DNA of 64,000 nucleotides, taken from NCBI GenBank assembly GCA_032718475.1, contig JAUCBJ010007749.1, positions 5,291 to 69,290 of the forward strand, written 5' to 3'. The translations under genes were made by a program, and so were the position numbers. Numbering within the stretch: position 1 is the stretch's first letter; every line of letters starts with the position of its first letter. Below are positions 28,001-37,000 of this stretch, one piece after another. The notes beneath the pieces are model-generated. The model saw nothing but the letters and a program-made list of their open reading frames with translations. It had not been told where the DNA came from and searched no databases. Origin of the DNA: Nemertoderma westbladi (lineage: Eukaryota > Animalia > Xenacoelomorpha).

Positions 28001-31000
28001 ATCAGTCTCTATATCTGGAGATTCCTTATGTTGTATATTATCAGTCTCTATATCTGGAAATTCCTCATGTTGTCTGTTATCAGTCTCTATAACTGGAGAG
28101 TCCTCATGTTGTTTATTATCAGTCTCTATAACTGGAGATTCCTTATGTTGTATATTATCAGTCTCTATATCTGGAGATTCCTTATGTTGTATATTATCAG
28201 TCTCTATATCTGGAAATTCCTCATGTTGTCTGTTATCAGTCTCTATAACTGGAGAGTCCTCATGTTGTTTATTATCAGTCTCTATAACTGGAGATTCCTT
28301 ATGTTGTATGTTATCAGTCTCTATATCTGGAGATTCCACTTGTTGACTGTTATCTTTCTCTATATCTGGAGATTCCTTATCAGTCTCTATATCTGGAGAT
28401 TCCTTATCAGTCTCTATATCTGGAGATTCCTTATCATTCTCTATAACTGGAGATTCCTTATCAGTCTCTATATCTGGAGATTCCTTATCAGTCTCTATAT
28501 CTGGATATTCCTTATCAGTCTCTATATCTGGAGATTCCTTATCATTCTCTATAACTGGAGATTCCTTATCAGTCTCTGTATCTGGATATTCCTTATCTGT
28601 CTCTATAACTGGAGATTCCTTATCATTCTCTATAACTGGAGATTCATCATGTTGTATGTTATCAGTCTCTATATCTGGAGATTCATCATGTTGTATGTTA
28701 TCAGTCTCTATATCTGGAGATTCCTTATCATTCTCTATTTCTGGAGATTCATCATGTTGTATGTTATCAGTCTCTATATCTGGAGATTCCTTATCAGTCT
28801 TTATATCTGGAGATTCCTTATCAGTCTCTATATCTGGAGATTCATCATGTTGTATGTTATCAGTCTCTATATCTGGAGGTTCCTTATGTTGTATATTATC
28901 CGTCTCTATATCTGGAGATTCCACTTGTTGACTGTTAGGCCTATCTGTCTCTATATCTGGAGATTCCTTATCAGTCTCTATATCTGGAGATTTCTTATCA
29001 TTCTCTATATCTGGAGATTCCTTATCAGTCTCTGTATCTGGATATTCCTTATCTGTCTCTATAACTGGAGATTCCTTATCATTCTCTATATTTGGAGATT
29101 CATCATGTTGTATGTTATCCGTCTCTATATCTGGAGATTCCTTATCTGTCTCTATATCTGGAGATTCCTTATCAGTCTCTATATCTGGAGATTTCTTATC
29201 ATTCTCTATATCTGGAGATTCCTTATCAGTCTCTGTATCTGGATATTCCTTATCTGTCTCTATAACTGGAGATTCCTTATCATTCTCTATATCTGGAGAT
29301 TCATCATGTTGTATGTTATCCGTCTCTATATCTGGAGATTCCTTATCTGTCTCTATAACTGGAGATTCCTTATCTGTCTCTATATCTGGAGATTCCTTAT
29401 CATTCTCTATATCTGGAGATTCCACTTGTTGACTGTTATCTGTCTCTATATCTGGAGATTCCTTATCAGTCTCTATATCTGGAGATTCCTTATCAGTCTC
29501 TGTATCAGGAGATTCCTTATCAGTCTCTATATCTGGAGATTCCTTATCTGTCTCTATATCTGGAGATTCCACTTGTTGACTGTTATCTGTCTCTATATCT
29601 GGAGATTCCTTATCAGTCTCTATATCTGGAGATTCCTTATCAGTCTCTATATCTGGAGATTCCTTATCAGTCTCTATATCTGGAGATTCCTTATCTGTCT
29701 CTATATCTGGAGATTCCACTTGTTGACTGTTATCAGTCTCTATAACTGGAGATTCTTTATCATTATCTTTATCTGGAGATTCATCATGTTGTATGTTATC
29801 CGTATCTATATCGGGAGATTCCACTTGTTGACTGTTATCTTTCTCTGAATCAGGAGATTCCTTATCAGTCTCTATATCTGGAGATTCCTTATCTGTCTCT
29901 ATATCTGGAGATTCCACTTGTTGACTGTTATCAGTCTCTATAACTGGAGATTCTTTATCATTATCTTTATCTGGAGATTCATCATGTTGTATGTTATCCG
30001 TATCTATATCGGGAGATTCCACTTGTTGACTGTTATCTTTCTCTATATCTGGAGATTCCTTATCAGTCTCTATATCTGGAGATTCCACTTGTTGTAAGTT
30101 ATCAGTCTCTATAACTGGAGATTCTTTATCATTATCTTTATCTGGAGATTCATCATGTTGTATGTTATCCGTATCTATATCGGGAGATTCCACTTGTTGA
30201 CTGTTATCTTTCTCTATATCTGGAGATTCCTTATCAGTCTCTATATCTGGAGATTCCACTTGTTGTAAGTTATCAGTCTCTATAACTGGAGATTCTTTAT
30301 CATTATCTTTATCTGGAGATTCATCATGTTGTATGTTATCCGTATCTATATCGGGAGATTCCACTTGTTGACTGTTATCTGTCTCTATATCTGGATATTC
30401 CTTATCAGTCTCTATATCTGGAGATTCCTTATCAGTCTCTATATCTGGAGATTCCTTATCCGTATCTATATCTGGAGATTCCACTTGTTGTAAGTTATCA
30501 GTCTCTATAACTGGAGATTCTTTATCATTATCTTTATCTGGAGATTCATCATGTTGTATGTTATCAGTCTCTATATCGGGAGATTCCACTTGTTGACTGT
30601 TATCTGTCTCTATATCTGGAGATTCCTTATCAGTCTCTATATCTGGAGATTCCACTTGTTGTAAGTTATCAGTCTCTATAACTGGAGATTCTTTATCATT
30701 ATCTTTATCTGGAGATTCATCATGTTGTATGTTATCAGTCTCTATATCGGGAGATTCCACTTGTTGACTGTTATCTGTCTCTATATCTGGAGATTCCTTA
30801 TCAGTCTCTATATCTGGAGATTCCTTATCCGTATCTATATCTGGAGATTCCACTTGTTGACTGTTATCCGTCTCTATATCTGGAGATTCCTTATCATTCT
30901 CTATATCTGGAGATTCCTCATGTTGTATGTTATCAGTCTCTATATCGGGAGATTCCTTATCATTCTCTATATCTGGAGATTCCTCATGTTGTATGTTATC

Positions 31001-34000
31001 AGTCTCTATATCGGGAGATTCCACTTGTTGACTGTTATCTTTCTCTATATTTGGAGATTCCTTATCAGTCTCTATATCTGGAGATTCCACTTGTTGACTG
31101 TTATCTTTCTCTGAATCAGGAGATTCCTTATCAGTCTCTATATCTGGAGATTCCTTATCTGTCTCTATATCTGGAGATTCCACTTGTTGACTGTTATCAG
31201 TCTCTATAACTGGAGATTCTTTATCATTATCTTTATCTGGAGATTCATCATGTTGTATGTTATCAGTCTCTATATCTGGAGATTCCTCATGTTGTACGTT
31301 ATCCGTCTCTATATCTGGAGATTCCTTATCATTCTCTATATCTGGAGATTCCTCATGTTGTATGTTATCAGTCTCTATATCGGGAGATTCCACTTGTTGA
31401 CTGTTATCTTTCTCTATATTTGGAGATTCCTTATCAGTCTCTATATCTGGAGATTCCACTTGTTGACTGTTATCTTTCTCTATATCTGGAGATTCCTTAT
31501 CAGTCTCTATATCTGGAGATTCCTTATCAGTCTCTATATCTGGAGATTCCTTATCAATCTCTGTATCTGGATATTCCTTATCAGTCTCTATATCTGGAGA
31601 TTCCTTATCATTCTCTATAACTGGAGATTCCTTATCATTCTCTATATCTGGAGATTCATCATGTTGTATGTTATCCGTCTCTATATCTGGAGATTCCACT
31701 TGTTGACTGTTAGGCCTATCTGTCTTTATATCTGGAGATTCCTTATCAGTCTCTATATCTGGAGATTCCTTATCAGTCTCTATATCTGGAGATTCCTTAT
31801 CAGTCTCTGTATCTGGAGATTCCTTATCTGTCTCTATATCTGGAGATTCCACTTGTTGACTGTTATCTGTCTCTATATCTGGAGATTCCTTATCAGTCTC
31901 TATATCTGGAGATTCCTTATCAGTCTCTATATCTGGAGATTCCTTATCAGTCTCTGTATCAGGAGATTCCTTATCAGTCTCTATATCTGGAGATTCCTTA
32001 TCTGTCTCTATATCTGGAGATTCCACTTGTTGACTGTTATCTGTCTCTATATCTGGAGATTCCTTATCAGTCTCTATATCTGGAGATTCCTTATCAGTCT
32101 CTATATCTGGAGATTCCTTATCAGTCTCTGTATCAGGATATTCCTTATCAGTCTCTATATCTGGAGATTCTTTATCTGTCTCTATATCTGGAGATTCCAC
32201 TTGTTGACTGTTATCTGTCTCTATATCTGGAGATTCCTTATCAGTCTCTATATCTGGAGATTCCTTATCCGTCTCTATCACTGGAGATTCCTTATGTTGT
32301 ATGTTATCTTTCTCTATATCTGGGGATTCCTTATCAGTCTCTATATCTGTAGAATCCTCATGTTGTATATTATCAGTCTCTATAACTGGATATTCCATAT
32401 CATTCTCTATATCTGGAGATTCCTCATGTTGTATATTATCTGTCTCTATATCTGGAGATTCATCATGTTGTATATTATCAGTCTCTATATCTGGAGATTC
32501 CTTATCCGTCTCTATATCTGGAGATTCCACATGTTGTATATTATCCGTCTCTATAACTGGAGATTCCTCATGTTGTATATTATCAGTCTCTATATCTGGA
32601 GATTCCTTATGTTGTATATTATCAGTCTCTATAACTGGATATTCCATATCATTCTCTATAACTGGAGATTCCTCCTGTTGTATATTATCAGTCTCTATAT
32701 CTGGAGATTCCTCCTGTTGTATATTATCAGTCTCTATATCTGGAGATTCATCATGTTGTATGTTATCAGTCTCTAAAACTGGAGATTCATCATGTTGTAT
32801 GTTATCCGTATCTATATCTGGAGATTTCACTTGTTGACTGTTATCCGTCTCTATATCTGGAGATTCCACTTGTTGACTGTTATCAGTCTCTATATCTGGA
32901 GATTCCTTATCATTCTCTATATCTGGAGATTCCTCATGTTGTATGTTATCAGTCTCTAAAACTGGAGATTCCTCATGTTGTATGTTATCAGTCTCTATAT
33001 CTGGAGATTCCTCATGTTGTATGTTATCAGTCTCTATATCTGGAGATTCCTCATGTTGTATGTTATCAGTCTCTATATCTGGAGATTCCTCATGTTGTAT
33101 GTTATCAGTCTCTATAACTTGAGATTCCACATGTTGTATGTTATCAGTCTCTATATCTGGAGATTCCTCATGTTGTATGTTATCAGTCTCTATATCTGGA
33201 GATTCCACTTGTTGACTGTTATCAGTCTCTATATCTGGAGATTCCTTATGTTGTACGTTATCCGTCTCTATATCTGGAGATTCCTTATCATTCTCTATAA
33301 CTGGAAATTCCTCATGTTGTATATTATCAGTCTCTATATCTGGAGATTCCACTTGTTGACTGTTATCAGTCTCTATATCTGGAGATTCCTTATGTTGTAC
33401 GTTATCCGTCTCTATATCTGGAGATTCCTCATGTTGTATATTATCAGTCTCTATATCTGGAGATTCCACTTGTTGACTGTTATCTGTCTCTATATCTGGA
33501 GATTCCTCATCAGTCTCTATATCTGGAGATTCCTTATCAGTCTCTATATCTGGAGATTCCTCATGTTGTATGATATCCATCTCTATATCTGGAGATTCCT
33601 CATGTTCTATGTTAACCGTCTCTATATCTGGAGATTCCTTATCAGTCTCTATATCTGGAGATTCCACATGTTGTATATTATCCGTCTCTATAACTGGAAA
33701 TTCCTCATGTTGTATATTATCAGTCTCTATATCTGGAGATTCCACTTGTTGACTGTTATCTGTCTCTATATCTGGAGATTCCTCATCAGTCTCTATATCT
33801 GGAGATTCCTTATCAGTCTCTATATCTGGAGATTCCTCATGTTGTATGATATCCATCTCTATATCTGGAGATTCCTCATGTTCTATGTTAACCGTCTCTA
33901 TATCTGGAGATTCCTTATCAGTCTCTATATCTGGAGATTCCACTTGTTGTATGTTATCTGTCTCTATAACTGGAGATTCCTTATGTTGTATATTATCTGT

Positions 34001-37000
34001 CTCTATAACTGGAGATTCCTTATGTTGTATATTATCTGTCTCTATAACTGGAGATTCCACTTGTTGTATGTTATCTGTCTCTATAACTGGAGATTCCTTA
34101 TCAGTCTCTATATCTGGAGATTCATCATGTTGTATATTATCTGTCTCTATATCTGGAGATTCCACTTGTTGACTTTTATCTGTCTCTATATCTGGAGATT
34201 CCTTATCAGTCTCTATATCTGGAGATTCCACTTGTTGTATGTTATCTGTCTCTATAACTGGAGATTCCTTATGTTGTATATTATCTGTCTCTATAACTGG
34301 AGATTCCTTATGTTGTATATTATCTGTCTCTATAACTGGAGATTCCTCATGTTGTATATTATCAGTCTCTATATCTGGAGATTTCACTTGTTGTATGTTA
34401 TCTGTCTCTATAACTGGAGATTCCTTATGTTGTATATTATCTGTCTCTATAACTGGAGATTCCTCATGTTGTATATTATCAGTCTCTATATCTGGAGATT
34501 CCACTTGTTGTATGTTATCTGTCTCTATAACTGGAGATTCCTTATGTTGTATATTATCTGTCTCTATATCTGGAGATTCCACTTGTTGACTGTTATCCGT
34601 ATCTATATCTGGAGATTCCTCATGTTGTATGTTATCTGTCTCTATAACTGGAGATTCCTTATGTTGTATATTATCAGTCTCTATAACTGGAGATTCTTTA
34701 TCATTATCTTTATCTGGAGATTCATCATGTTGTATGTTATCTGTCTCTATAACTGGAGATTCCTTATGTTGTATATTATCTGTCTCTATATCTGGAGATT
34801 CCTTATCATTCTCTATATCTGGAGATTCCTTATCAGTCTCTATATCTGGAGATTCCACTTGTTGTAAGTTATCAGTCTCTATAACTGGAGATTCTTTATC
34901 ATTATCTTTATCTGGAGATTCATCATGTTGTATGTTATCTGTCTCTATATCTGGAGATTCCTCATGTTGTATGTTATCTGTCTCTATAACTGGAGATTCC
35001 TTATGTTGTATATTATCAGTCTCTATAACTGGAGATTCTTTATCATTATCTTTATCTGGAGATTCATCATGTTGTATGTTATCTGTCTCTATAACTGGAG
35101 ATTCCTTATGTTGTATATTATCTGTCTCTATATCTGGAGATTCCTTATCATTCTCTATATCTGGAGATTCCTTATCAGTCTCTATATCTGGAGATTCCAC
35201 TTGTTGTAAGTTATCAGTCTCTATAACTGGAGATTCTTTATCATTATCTTTATCTGGAGATTCATCATGTTGTATGTTATCCGTATCTATATCGGGAGAT
35301 TCCACTTGTTGACTGTTATCTTTCTCTATATCTGGAGATTCCTTATCAGTCTCTATATCTGGAGATTCATCATGTTGTATGTTATCCGTCTCTATATCTG
35401 GAGATTCCACTTGTTGACTGTTATCTGTCTCTATATCTGGAGATTCCTTATCATTCTCTATATCTGGAGATTCATCATGTTGTATGTTATCCGTCTCTAT
35501 ATCTGGAGATTCCACTTGTTGACTGTTATCTGTCTCTATATCTGGAGATTCCTTATCATTCTCTATATCTGGAGATTCATCATGTTGTATATTATCAGTC
35601 TCTATATCTGGAGATTCATCATGTTGTATGTTATCCGTCTCTATATCTGGAGATTCCACTTGTTGACTGTTATCTGTCTCTGTATCTGGAGATTCCTTAT
35701 CAGTCTCTATATCTTGAGTATCTTGAGATTCATTATGTTCTATGTTACCAGTCTCTAAACCTGATGATTCGTCAGATGGTTTGTTAACATCATCATCGCC
35801 ATCAACATCATCAACAATGTCGGGCCCTTCTTTTATGGTCTGCAAACACTTTTTGAGTCGCTTTATTATGCACTCAGCGTCATTCTGAGTCAAACCGAAA
35901 GCTACAGTGCAGAGCAAATAAGGAAAGTGCTGATAGATGTTGTCATGGGAATCAAAGGTTATGAATTTGTGACATCCGATAAACTTCGCTTGTGTGTTGG
36001 ACTCAACAATTCGAATACCAAACATGTTAAAATGAGATAACATGGAATCCAAACGAGAGGCCTTGGAACCCAAAAGAGATGCTTTGCATGCAGTTAGTTT
36101 CGCGGCGGACTGGTATGTTTTTTGAGTGGCCTTCTGTTCTGTTGGTTGGGTGCCATTGTCGTCTGTTGGTTGGCTGTCGTTGTGGTCTGTTGGTTGGTTG
36201 CCATTGTGGTCTGTTGTTCGGGTGTTGTTGTTGTCTGTTGTTGGTTGGGTTTCGTTCTGATATATCTGATTAGACAATGTCATTGCTATAGATATTCCGT
36301 TGTGGGGAGTTTCTAAAACTTTCTCACCCAACTGCGCTGCTAAAGATGTTAGCTCACCCCTAAAATAACTATAAACGTATTTATGGCTACGCAATAATCC
36401 TAGGTACCCGTCCCTTCCCATAGATAAAAGTGTTATAAATACATCTACAATGGGGGCGGCACTGGCCCTACCAGGGTATGTTCCGCATACAAGTGAGATT
36501 AACTCCTCTTTGGGAGAGGCAATTATCGCTCCTCCTATTGGAACCATTAAATTTGTATGAGTACTCTGAACCACTAAGTCTATAAGACCATTATGTGAAG
36601 CCTCATCTACAAGTTGGCATAATTTATTGTTTAGTAGGCCGTGGTCGTTGTTTACCAGATGAAACACACTAAACCGTCGACAAATCAATCCGACCAGTTC
36701 TAATTGGTCTGCAACGCTAGGAGCGAAGCTTGACGTAGTCGAGAGAACGCAGAGGACCAGCGACCGATTTATCTCCAAGAGTTTATTCTCTATCTCCAAG
36801 ATATCGCTAGTTAATTCGTCTCCAACAAAATTATTTTCAACCACAACCGGTTCCATTCCCGCTGCGGTAATGAATTTGTAACAGGATTTCTGTTCATTTC
36901 GTGGCAAAATTACGTATTTCGCGGTCGGTTTTTTACCTTTAAGTGCCAATAAACAAAGTGTCAGCGCCATTTCCGTAGCTTCAGGGACAATTACGCAACC

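Noticed and set aside
19266-35758. Many long plus-strand ORFs (MLYVISLYIWRF..., MLSVSISGDS...)
   Set aside because: These are antisense shadows of the coding repeat. They are fragmented by stops, while the minus frame is continuous and joined to a real domain.
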